Below, one piece after another: positions 23,701 to 34,920 of a stretch of 48,663 nt of DNA. Below the pieces are notes generated by a model. That model worked only from the letters and a program-made list of their open reading frames with translations. It was not told the DNA's origin and did not search any database. The position numbers were made by a program, and so were the translations under genes. Positions within the stretch are counted from its first letter, which is position 1. Each line of letters opens with the position of its first letter. Source of the stretch: Elsinoe ampelina (Eukaryota); assembly GCA_010093995.1 (NCBI GenBank), contig ML992501.1:2634790-2683452 (forward strand), written 5' to 3'.

Positions 23701-25622
23701 AAATTAGCCTATTTAGAATAAAGCACCTATAGGGAGAATCTTCTTATATATTAAGATCCTAAGAGTTAACTCTATTAACATTATAGATTTCTAACGTAGA
23801 AAAGAACTAATAGTTTAATCTTTACTAACCAACTATATAAGTTAATTACTTAAGAGATTAAGAGATAATAACTCTAATAATAAAAGCCCTAAAGCTAAGT
23901 ACTATAGAGCTTTTATTACTAAGTACATTAATTAGTAAGATAAGGTTAATAAGATTACTATAATAGCCTTTATTAAGTAATATGTCCTAATCCTAAGGGA
24001 CTATAATAAGGCTATTACTAATCTAGTATAGGGAAGTAAATAGTAGGAAGTAATTAATATAGAACTTAATACTCTATACTTAAATAATATATAGGAAGAG
24101 GTTATTCCTCTAAAGGGATCTAACTTAGTAATATCTAAATAGGTCTTTAGTGTTAAGTATAATATAGATAGCTCTATCGAAAAGTTTAAGGCTAGACTAG
24201 TTACTAGAGGCTTCTTATAGAAGTATAGTATTAACTACAAAGACACATTTATACTAATAGTTAGAGTAGATATACTTAGGCTATTCTTCGCTATTGTTTA
24301 TATACGTAACCTTAAGTGTTACTAGGTAGATATTAATAACGCCTTTATAGAGTTTTTTCTTTATAAAAGGATTTACATAAAGCTACTACCTAGCCTAAAG
24401 GTTAGTCCTAGAATTGCCTTCTAGATTCTAAGGAGCTTATATAGACTTAAGTAAGCTACTAGAGATTAGAATTAGTACTATATCTCTAAGCTATTAAAGC
24501 TAGGCTTTACTTAGAGTAAAGTAGACCTCTATCTTCTTATATACTATAATAAGAAGATTATTTTCTTAGTTTATATTAATAATATACTATTTATAGTATA
24601 AAGCAAAAAGAACATCTAGTAGTTTAAGTAAGAACTTAGTAAGATCTTTAAGATTAAAGATCTTAGTAAGGTTAATAAAGTTCTTAGGGTTAAGGTTATA
24701 AGGGACAGACAATAAGGTACCTTAAGACTTAATTAAACCTACTATATAGATAATATGCTATAGAGGCTTAATATAACCTCTAATAAGGTTACTTTAATAA
24801 AGTAGCTAATAGATAATAAGCTTCCTTAAAGAGCTTAGGAAGATAATATAAGGTATAGTAGAACTAAGTACTTATATACTATTAGAAGCTAGATGTACCT
24901 TAGCACCCTAATAAGGCTAGATACTACCTTTATCTTAGGAAGGCTAAGTTAGTTTATAGCAGATCTAATAGATAGTTATACTATTAAATTAAAGAAGATG
25001 TTAAGATATATTAGATTAACTAAAGATCTTAGTATTATATTTAGAAGGAATAGGAATAAGACCTTTAAGGGATACTCTAATTTAGACTATGCCTTAGATA
25101 AGTTAGATAGGGTCTCTATTCTTAGATATGTCTTTATACTTATAGATAGTTCTATTAGCTAGATAAGTAGGAAGTAGAAGTCTGTTTTAACCTCTACTAT
25201 AGAGGCTAAATATATAGCAATATACTCTTATATAAAGAGATTATAGTTTCTGTCTTAGTTACTAAGAGACATAGGCTATTATAAGATAGTTAGGTAATTA
25301 CTATAGAGGCTAACTATAAAGGAATCTTAGAAAGCAATAATAAGATTACCCTTTACTACTAGGATTAATAGTAATAACTAAGTAGCTCTTTTACTTATAA
25401 AAGAGCTATATACTTATAAAAGGGCAAAGTATATTAATATCGCTTACTACTACGTTAGGAAGCTATAGAGGGACTAGAGGATTTAAGTAGAGTTTATAAG
25501 GATAGTAGATATAGTAGCTAATAGGTTAACTAAGCTATTATAAGGTTAGATCTTTATAAGGTTTATAAAGCAACTTAGCTTATTATTAACCTAATAGCTT
25601 ATCTATAGGAGCTAAGTAGGAG

Positions 25623-25825
25623 TATTAAGAATATAGCTCTCTCTAGATAATTAAGCTATAAAGTTATATAACCTTAAGTTATGTAATGCTAAGGCCTAGG
25701 GATTTATAGCTATTCTTTCTTCTAGTAGATAGACTCCTTTTAATTAATTAACTCGTCTATTAGTTAACTAGTGTATAATTGGTTCTATATAATATTCTAC
25801 CCCTAAACGTGCCTTCTACTTAACA
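25623..25825 (+). repeat. 3' LTR of C
   Basis: Preceded by purine-rich AAGTAGGAG and followed by TSD ATATT. Confidence 0.93.
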
Positions 25826-26999
25826 ATATTAATATTAGTATTAGAGTGTTTATCTAATTTACCTACCTTAGTAGGTTCTCTAGATTCTTTAATAGCTACT
25901 TAACTTTTAACTTTCTTAGTCTTTAACTTACTATCTTTACTTTTAGCCTTTATACCTTTATTATTTAACCTATCTTTATTATTCCTTTTGCTCTAACTCT
26001 TTAGTGCTTTCTTAGAGTACTACTTAAAGTAATTTATATTAGAGTAGACATAATAAGTATACTAAGTATATTAATCCTTAATATAACTAGCTACTTTATA
26101 AATAGAGTTTAGATTAGTTCTTCTATTATATAAAGGCTTCTATATTCTAAGAGAGTCTATTATCTCTTTAAGACTCTTCTTATAGTTAAGGCTAGATCTC
26201 TAGCTCCTTAACTATTTAGTAGTCTCTATTTCTATAATAAACATAGTCTTAATATAGTATAGAGGAAGCCTAAACTTATTTAGTTTAGTACTAATAGTAC
26301 TTACTTTTTACTTTATAGTAATAGTATATTAATAATAGTACTTTATAAAATCTTTATAGTACTTTTAGGTGTTATAACTTATTATAATTACCTTATTAAG
26401 GTTATAGATAGCTATATATAACTTATATAAAATAACAGGTTTAAATATAGCTTTAATAGTATTTAGAAGTTCCTTTAAAGTCTTCTAAGTTATACTATAG
26501 TAAGGTCTAATAGATTTATAAATCCTTATTATAATAACACTATAAGTAATTCTATTATTCTTATACTAGGTCTTATTTCTAACCTTATAGATTACCTTAG
26601 TGCCTTTACTAGTATCTAGGGCTAGTTCTTTAGGCTTTATAACTACTAGTATCTAGTTAATGTTATAAATTATATATCTAAGTATATCCTTTTTAAGGAG
26701 AGCTACCTTAAGGGTTAATCTCTAAGTATTATAGTTGCTTTCTCTCTTAAGAATTTAAGTCTTAAGCATTTTTGCTAATCTAGATATAATAATAGTAATT
26801 AGCTAAAGGCCTGTTAATTTGATTAATGTAATTAGCTTGTTTAAGCCGTTTAAGCCGTTTAATTAAAGGGTTAATATAGGCTACTATAAGTATTTATCTT
26901 AATATAGCTAGTCTAGAATTTAGTATAGGCGGCTTAGTAATCCTTTTAATAATAACACGCTTAATTTGCTATAGCTTTAAGTGCTTTTATAGAAGCGCC

Positions 27000-27011
27000 G
27001 GGCTTATAACC
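27000..27011 (-). other. Primer-binding site of D, Ty5/copia half-tRNAiMet type
   Basis: GGGCTTATAACC is the reverse complement of GGTTATAAGCCC and abuts the LTR. Confidence 0.8.
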
Positions 27012-27153
27012 TGTTATAACTAGCAAATCGGATCGAGAGACGTGTGTTTTATTCAGAGAGTTACAATAACCGATTTATCTACTGTGCGTACGCTGACTTA
27101 TCAGTGCCAGTTCTTCAGTACCAGAGAAGCTGTACCAGCCTTCCATTACAACA
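27012..27153 (-). repeat. 5' LTR of Copia D (142 bp), largely unRIPed
   Basis: TGTTATAA...TTACAACA inverted termini, an adjacent PBS, and AATAAAA on the minus strand. The partner LTR is outside the window, so the outer end is inferred. Confidence 0.75.
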
Positions 27154-27803
27154 GAGGTTGTATTTGGTGCGTTAGTAGGGCTCGCGAGAGGTCGGGCTGG
27201 ACAGATGGTGGAATGTTATTGGTGTGGCTACTGTGAGTATAGAGCATGTTGTCATGCCTCATTCTGGGAAGCAAGCCAATACACAGAGCCCCTCCCGAGG
27301 GCGATTTGCACTCGGCCCTGGGAATTCTGCTCTGCAAATTCGCCATCATGGTAGTCTACTATGAGCTCTGCGACGAGTGCCTTTTCCCAATCATTACGGA
27401 TGCAGACCTTTTCGGTAGCAAGCGCTCGTTCATCTGTCGTATTGCCAGACACCTACCTTCCTCATCCTCCTTGCCCGCCTCATGTTCGCATTCATCCCTG
27501 GCGATCCAGCAGCCAACATTGGTGGAGGCCGCTATGGCAAGCGCACCTTGTCCTTGACCAGTCTGGCCCGTCGCTCGGCCGAGCACGTCTTTGCTAAGCG
27601 CGAGGCGGCCCCCGTCCTTGTTGACTAGTAGTGCTGAGTAATTATCACCAATGACATGGCGAAGGATAGCTGCTGACAATGAGCAGGGCCTGTTGCTATG
27701 GTGGCATGTGTCTTCTAATGTTCCATCATTGGAGATTTGCGGTGGGTGATCCATAGGTTGTGGCGAAATAGGCCAAATAGATTGCATCAACTATCATCCT
27801 GCT

Positions 27804-29564
27804 TTACCATTCCTTCTTCCGTACAAGCGTCGTGATGGTCGTGCCGTCCTTGAGGGTACTCGTCTCTTCTTCCCATCTATACCCACCCAGCCAGGGTAGG
27901 AGTCTCGTCCACACATACCAATATGCAACGCTGAATACTAATCTATGACAATGTCAGCATGCCGTGATAGCCATCAGTGATTGAAGACGTACACAGATAG
28001 CGCAACCAAAGCATAAGCCGCATAGAAGATACCACCGCTCTCTCTTTCCTTCTTCTTTGGCGAAAAGAGCGGAGCGAAAATCAGTATACCGCATATGCCG
28101 AGTCGTAGCCAGACCAAAGGCGTCCAGGCTCTGAATGGTCGCACGAGATCGGGTTTACGCTTTCGTAGTATGAGTAACCCGACCCCGAGAGCCACTGCGA
28201 AGAACTGAGATGAGTACCCCTCGACTTCAGCGATGAAGGCGTAGACAGTCTTTGATGGTGGTAGGATGATGACTAGCACAGATGGTATGTAGTGCACGAT
28301 CAGACCGCCGAGGGGTGAGTTGAAGGGGCGAGATGAGGAGAGGTAGGATGAGAAGGGAATGAGTCCGGCTCGGGCGACCTCTTGGTTGATTCGGGCCTGG
28401 AAATGTTGTCAGTGTCCTGGTAGTGATCCGAATCGGATGACCACTCACCAGACTGAACGTGACCACCATGACATTCCCAGCTGCGCTCAACGCAATAGCT
28501 ATAGGGAGGAACTTGCTCCCAAACCCATCTCCAAATACCCTCTGGAAGAACAGTGCCGCGATCAACTCTCTACTCTGCTTGACCTCTTCCATCGGTACTA
28601 CCGCCAGGTAAGCCAAATTGATCAGCAAATACAGCAAACAAGACGCCACCAGCGCAAAAGGCGGGATAGTCCTCAGCGTCCTCACCGGATCCTTGACCTC
28701 ATTCAACACATTGTTGATATTATTCAACCCAGCATATGAATAGCTGATCTTGAACAACGCCGTGGCAAGGGTATTGTAACTCCAATCGGCACCATCCCAC
28801 CAACCCTCCGTCCCCACTCCCATGCCCATCCTCGCCCCTCCCACCCCTTCCTCCCTCGGCCCGACCCCAAACCCCCTCATCACCACCACCACCCCACCCG
28901 TCCCAATCATAAACACCACCAACCCAATCTTCACCCACCCCAGCACATTCTGCACCACCACCCCCGTCCTGTACGCCACCCCATGCACCAGCGTAATCCC
29001 CGTCATCAACCCCACCGCCACCCCCTTAACCACCCAGTCCCGCACCTCCCCTCCGTCCCCCGCAACAAAAAGCACATACTTTGCAAAAACCACACAATTA
29101 CTCGCCGTAAACCCCAGCAACACCACATGCACCGCCACCACCGTCGCGGCCCCCCACCTCGGTTCCGGGAAGGTATACTCGAGGTACACCTTCATGCCGC
29201 CTGACCTGGGCAGCATGCAGCCGTACTCTAGATCGATGGACAGGGCGAACCAGGCGATGAATGCGCCTGCCAGCCAGAGCAGGAGGGAGAGCAGTGGGGA
29301 GCCGACGGATTGCAGGATTGTGCCGGGCATGGCGAAGATGCCGCTGCCGATGACCCGGGAGAGGATGAGCATGAGGCTGGAGAGGAGGCCGAGGTGGCGG
29401 CCTGTGGTGGCGGTTTCGGTGAGGGTGGGGTCGGCGTGGGGGGAGGAGGGGAGGGGGGGTTTGGGGGCTTCGAGGTCTGGAGGGGTTGGGGAGGGGGAGG
29501 AGAGGGTTTCGACGGGGTGGGGGAGGAGGGGGGCGCGCTCCGACGTGGAGGCGAAGGTCGACAT
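27804..29564 (-). CDS. APC-family amino acid permease, methionine permease (Mup1/Mup3)-like; exons 29564-28449, 28396-27993, 27942-27804
   Basis: Motifs VIGSGIFAMPG, LEYGCMLPRSGG.KVYLE, YSYAGLNN.N.VLNEV and RPFRAW, with C-terminus GGYRWEEE...DGT.IT.L. Both introns are GT-AG with branch sites. Confidence 0.88.
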
Positions 29565-30295
29565 GGTTGTGGTGAGGAAGGAAGGTGTTATTGGGTTGTG
29601 GGCATGCTTGTACGGTCCGAGATATCGAAGGACCAAGGCTAGGTGTCGTGGATGATGGCAATGAGATGGGAATGAATGGCGGAGAATAATGGTCTTACTT
29701 TGAGGATGTTGAATGTCTGATATGCCCTCATGACTGCGATGGTCACGTTTGTCATCAATACCCTCGCACGAACGCCACGGTTCTCGCATAGCCGTGTTGC
29801 TGCATGCAGGTTGGATGAGGATCACGGCAGGGGGCGACGATCAGGTGGTGGCGTACTACGCTCGGATGGAGTCGGCAACGACTCCCATTGGACGGGGGAG
29901 CAAAAGGGTATCTGTCACGCCATCTTGGTTCGGAATTGAGAATTGGCAACTCAGGCGGCTAACACGCGAGGGCGGGTTACTTTGGTGCTAGGGATTGTTC
30001 TAGGACTCCGCGATGCAGAACATGGTAGTCAGCTCTCGAGGTTGCGACGACAGAATCGATGCAAGATGGAGGAGGAGAAGGAAACGAAGACAAAGTGCGG
30101 AAGAGCTGGAAAACACAGTGTATGTTTAACCTCGGTAATTGTCGTGCACCTTGACGTCTCATACCAAGTTCAAGCACGGCAACTGTGTTCATATCTCACC
30201 CACATCTCTATCGGAACATTACGTTTCTTCGAGAAGCTGGAGCAGCGTATGTCTGTCAGTGAGTGAACAGCATTTCGATAATCAGATAATTCCCT

Positions 30296-32441
30296 TTAGT
30301 GGGCAAAGCGGAAGTCCTTTCTCTTGCTCCCACTGTCGTTCGTCGTGGCAAGATAATTGACTTGTTCCTCCTTGGACAGTGCGTTTCATCGTTTATCTCT
30401 TATTTTGTTACGCCAGATGTAATAGGCCTTGACGAAGAGGTAGAGGAAGATGTTCAGGACGTTGATCCCGACCAGGATGCGGTTACCCTTCCTGTCTGCT
30501 GAGGGTCAGTATTGGAACAATATCACCGCTGTGTGATCATCACTTACACAGTGGTCTATCGCTAGCTTGATACACGTTGGAGTAGGCGATTCCGCTGACT
30601 TGAACAAACATGCTGCGACAGTATCAGTAGCTGATGATGTTGCTGTAATATGCTTGTGCGTACTTGTACAAAGCTGCAGACACTGTCCTTGTCCTGACGG
30701 TGTTGGAGTTGCGACTGCACCATACTACTTGCATAGCATGTGCAGACGGCACAGACAACAGGACTGTCAAGATCGCGAATCGTGCCCATGCAGATGATGC
30801 GCTTGGTAGGACCGTGAGTGCGATGATGTTCGGAAGCACCCAGAGCTGACAGAAGACGCCGATGTACGCTCGATCATTGAACCGTTCGGAGTAGAACGTC
30901 ACGAGAAGCATCTACTATCCGTCAGCCAGAGCCATCAGTCACCTGCGGATTGACATACAGTGACTGCTCCGATGACTTGATTGGGTATGCTGAGTAGATT
31001 GGACTCGAAGGTATCGAAACCCAAGTTGCGGAGCGTAAGTGTCAGGTATTGATCAGGTGGTGCATATGGAAATTGAAAGGTGAGGCCGAGGATGTAGATC
31101 GGCCAAAGATCATAGTCGCAGAGTGACTTCCAGAGCAGTTTCAAATCCACAGCCTGTCTGTTATGCATGTCTCCTTTTGACCTATCATCTCGAAGGATAC
31201 GATTGACCATGATGACTTCCTCACGTTCGCTGAACCATCCTTTCGGGCGACACCATGACTTTGTCTGGGTTGGTGAAGGTGCCATCATGAACCAGGACCA
31301 GATACCGATGGTCAGGGTGAGTATGCCTTCGAACAAGAACAACCATCGCCAGCCTTCATAGCCATGAAATCCACGAAGCTTGAGCAATCCGAGAGCCAGA
31401 ATGGGCGCAATGATATCAGTGACACGCAGGCTGGTCCAGAAGAGAGCAAGACGGAAAGGTAGCTCGGTTCCCTTGAAGAAGTATGACTAATGGTAAGGTC
31501 AGCTGGAAGCGTCCTGTGACATCATGGTAGAAGGACTGACGAGGTAGAGTATGACATCCGGGATGAAGCCGCCTTGCAAAGCACCAAGCAGAGCTCGGCA
31601 GACGAGGAATGATGTTCGTCCGCTCAGCCAGAATTGAGACGCTGCGACGATGGACCATAAGCACATGATGGTTGGAATCTGATAGAGTCAGCAGAAGAAA
31701 TTCCACAGTATCCACAACATTACCCATCGATCTGGACCTATTCTCTGATCAGCTATGAAGGCTGGAAAAGGACAGAATTGTGCCTACCAAGTTTCTTGCT
31801 GACGAGCTGCGATGGCAACTCTGCGCAGAGGAAAGCAAGTCGAAAGACAGTGTTGCCCAAGTTGAAGTCTATGCTGTCAGCCTCCAGACCTCCTACCCAC
31901 GGGTATCTGTTTGTACCATTCGTATCCAGTCCAAGATCTGGTAAAAAGTTGTCGGTGTTGGCTTGACTGAGATTGCCTCTGTCAAGATCAAGCCCGAAGA
32001 AGGCAATGCAAGCCCACAAGGTGATACGCCAATCGATCTTGTTGATGAGAGGCTGTTCTTGTCAGTCGTCCTGGACGTCGAACCGTACTCTGAAGGTCAT
32101 ACCAGCTCCTCTCGCCATGTCCACCTTGCTTCTGGATCGAATCGATGCAGATTCTCGTACTTCTCCGTGGGTGCAAAGTACTTTGCGACAGATGGATCGT
32201 CGTAGACCGATGGCTGTGTGGCGATTTGATCCAAGTCCTTGTCGTTCTTTCTGCGGCTGAACAGCGTCATGATCGGAAGGACCGGCGCCTGGGTGTTCTC
32301 CAGGCGTTGCTGTAAGATGCGCTCCCGAATCGCGGCAGCATCTTCGTCCGAGGATGCATCCGAGTTGTCGATGGCTTTCTGAGCTGGAATTACTGCTTTC
32401 TGGTCAAGGCCCAGAGGCACCTGAAGCTCTGCATTCGCCAT
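30296..32441 (-). CDS. MFS transporter, allantoate-permease (ACS) family, Soa1(YIL166C)/AstA sulfonate-sulfate transporter-like; multi-exon
   Basis: Motifs [54 protein letters not shown] and [16 protein letters not shown], with C-terminus KDFRFAH*. The subfamily was recognised from memory of these motifs. Confidence 0.85.
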
Positions 32442-33128
32442 TGCTGCAAGCGGGCTGTAGCTTGATTGTGATGAGTTCCAGATGGAGGGTCAGCTACTTC
32501 TCTAATATACAAACCTTTAGATTGAGCCTCAATATGCAGCACCAACATCTCACAGGAACACGACTTGCTGCTGGTGGCATGGTGACATTCTGGGGACTTC
32601 TTCGCAATGCAGACGGCGCAGAAGCAGATCCTTCGACCATTGCAACATCCTCGATACGTAGCGAAGAATCATCGCCAGAACGGCAATATGCTGGATCGTC
32701 TGGGCGCGGGATGCAAAGGTGGACTCTGGTGGGAGATGGTATTTCCTTGGCACTTTACAAGTGCGTCGTGCGTGGTATGGCGTGATGAGGTTGGGGGAAA
32801 TTATGGGAGGGGAGATGCACAACCTCTGGATATGTCTTGACCGGATCCACCAGACCTTTGAATAAGCAAGCTTTTGTCGATGAAGCATGGGCCACTTATA
32901 TTGGAGACCATATGTATGGTGCAATTGCAGAGCTATCCAATATCCATTCCCTGCGTGGATCGCACAACCAGTGGCTTGGATGCATTGTGCCGGCTTCCAT
33001 CTTGATAGTAGCTTGAAAATCACTGCCGGGGATGCCAAAAGAATGGTGAATGAGGAAAGTGACAGCAGATATAGAAATTATGCTACGACAAAGTGAGTAG
33101 AACCAAAGAAAGCAAAATCAGCAAGCCG

Positions 33129-33152
33129 GCACGTGACCAGCTCGCACGTGAC
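33129..33152. promoter_or_regulatory. Tandem GCACGTGAC E-boxes (Cbf1/bHLH-type)
   Basis: Two exact copies at 33129-33137 and 33144-33152, about 700 bp upstream of the Soa1/AstA-like ATG. Confidence 0.4.
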
Positions 33153-33250
33153 AAGCGATCCGAAATTCGCTATTCCCCCCCACTCCCCTGCAATCCGTAA
33201 CTTCATCGCCAATCTTCATTCATCACCCGGTACGCCATTCTCGCCTATGA

Positions 33251-34920
33251 TCAGTACGAATATCGGAAGTGCGGATTCTCCATGTCGGTCATGCCAGCGT
33301 ACGCGACGTCATTGGCGACCTCCGCGTCCTCCTTCGTGGCCATGACCCTCCTCTGGTTAGCAAAGTGGTAGTATGCGACCAGAAGCAGCAGACAACCGGC
33401 AGAACTGGACCAAGTGGCTACCAAGGAGATCTTCGCAGGCTTATACATCGGAGCATCCTTGGCCTTGAATGTTTCAGGACCGATGATGTTGCCAATAGCG
33501 AAAGCCGCGTTCATGGCAGTCGTCGTGAAGGCTCGCTTGGTGTGACCAGCTGTGTTACCGGTGATCCACTGGAAGTTCAAAGGTGTAACACCAATGAAGA
33601 AATTTGCCAAGTACAGTCCAGCGAGGAGACCGCCTCGATTGCTCGCGTCGATGAACGACATCATGCTGGCGCCCATGACTCCGACAGCCATGACAAGGAC
33701 CGAGAAGAACCATCGATTACCATAGCGGCGAGGTCCAAAACCAGTCACCAGAGAAGAGCACATGTTGATCACGCCGGATGGCATGTTCAATAGCGCAGCC
33801 TGCTTGGGAGTAAAACCAAAGCTTCGGAGAAGTTGAGCCGAGTAGGAGGTGATGGTACCTCCGCCAGTACCTTGCTGCGCGATGTCAGCGTGAGAAGGCC
33901 TCGTGCTCTCGACGGTAACTCACTAGCAATATTGCACCGAACATCAACCAGAATTGCACATCCAGACATGCCTCGAAGATCTCCTTGGTACGCCATTTTC
34001 TATTAACGACTCCGACCTGATTCACCTTGGTATGCTCAAGGATCATTACTTTCTCCTGGTCTGTGAAGAATCTTGCTGCCATCGGAGTGTCAGGGACGAA
34101 GGCACAGACCGACACTCCGAACAACATAGTGATCAGCCCGAGCACAACGAACATGACCTTCCAACCAGCCAGAGCTGAGCTAGGTGGAACATGCTGGAAG
34201 GCGAAGGAAATCAGCCCACCAAGTATCTGTCCAAGGCCCATTCCGAGGAACCACAATGAGAATCGACTTGTCTGCTCTTGACGAGTATAGTACTGCGCAC
34301 TCAAGAGCATGAGGGCAGGTGGTAGACCAGCCTCGAAGATACCGCTGAGGACCCGTACAACCACTAGGCCGACAAAGTTCTTGACCGCGGCATGGCAGGC
34401 GGTGGAGATGCCCCAGAGGATGAGCGACAGGCCTAGCCACTTCCCGGTCGGACACTTCTGAAGCGGGTAGGCTTGCTGTGTGTCAGCCCTACATCGAGTC
34501 GCTATATGTGGCTGTATACATACTGTTCAGCAAAGCTGCAATCAAGACTGCGATGAAGAAGGACGAGGAGGCTTTGGAGAACTCGTCCCCTTTCAGCTGA
34601 AGAGACTGATTGAGTCCCATGACGGCAGCGTACTGGAATCATCAGCCACATGCAGTGTCAAGGAATATCAGTACACTCACGTTGAGGAGGACCTTGTCAA
34701 TGAAGTTGAGGGCGTAGCAGAACATGAGGAAAGGGATGACCATGTAGTCAACCTTGCGCCTCAATCGCTTCAATGTCGCTGGATCAGCCTCGATCCGCTC
34801 ATCTTGATGCTGCTCGAGGAACATCAAAGCATTGTCTTTGCCGCCATGCGTAGCCAGGGGTTTCAACTCCACCGGGTCAGATGCCATGACGGCTTCTTTC
34901 TCACTGATGGAAGACAACAT
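33251..34920 (-). CDS. MFS transporter, Dal5/allantoate permease (ACS) family; multi-exon
   Basis: Motifs LRRKVD..VIP, LNFIDK..LNYAAVMG, WKVMF..LG, VPDTP..ARF, NTAGHTKR and GNIIGPETF, with C-terminus DMENPHFRYSY*. Confidence 0.88.

Larger units (their letters stand above)
20513..25825 (+). mobile_element. Ty1/Copia LTR retrotransposon C, full length (5313 bp), RIP-inactivated
   Basis: 203-bp LTRs at 20513-20715 and 25623-25825. TSD ATATT at 20508-20512 and 25826-25830. De-RIPed motifs in Copia order: CCHC ~21808, WILDSGASNHM ~22152, LWHRRFAH ~22694, IHTDICGP ~22880, QNGLAE ~23165, FKARLVARGFSQ ~24185, SLYGLKQA ~24434, VYVDD ~24569, GYSDSDYA ~25070, KHIDIAYH ~25427, ADGLTK ~25517. Confidence 0.95.
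1..27153. other. AT-rich, RIP-degenerated nested LTR-retrotransposon block
   Basis: TpA is very abundant and CpA/TpG are nearly absent. The ORF track has no ORF before 27042. Retroelement motifs are recoverable only by reversing C->T and G->A changes. Confidence 0.97.
1..27153 (-). mobile_element. Ty1/Copia LTR retrotransposon D (host of the nest; 3' part lies left of the window; surviving pieces 1-196, 20441-20512, 25831-27153)
   Basis: 5' LTR at 27012-27153 is followed on the minus strand by GGTTATAAGCCC. A de-RIPed gag zinc knuckle (C-x2-C-x4-H-x4-C then FKQHPEKAPKGW) lies at ~26000-26070. The protease motif (K-D-R|V-I-Y-D-S-G-A-S-R-H-F) reads continuously across the A1 insertion from 20441 into 196->1. 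Confidence 0.85.

Noticed and set aside
1..27000. AT-rich block as mitochondrial insertion, horizontally acquired DNA or centromere
   Set aside because: It is fully accounted for by RIPed LTR elements. Centromere status cannot be judged from sequence alone.
27154..27800. Several short overlapping ORFs (60-143 aa) next to LTR D
   Set aside because: No recognisable domain and no convincing splice model. A gene remnant cannot be excluded.
28822..29655. 277-aa Thr/Pro-rich, mucin-like ORF on the + strand and other overlapping ORFs
   Set aside because: Antisense shadows of the permease exon, kept open by the extreme strand skew.
29565..29825. N-terminal extension of the 532-aa permease ORF
   Set aside because: It does not resemble transporter sequence. 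The ATG at 29564 (ACAACCATG context, followed by ERAPLL) is the more typical start.
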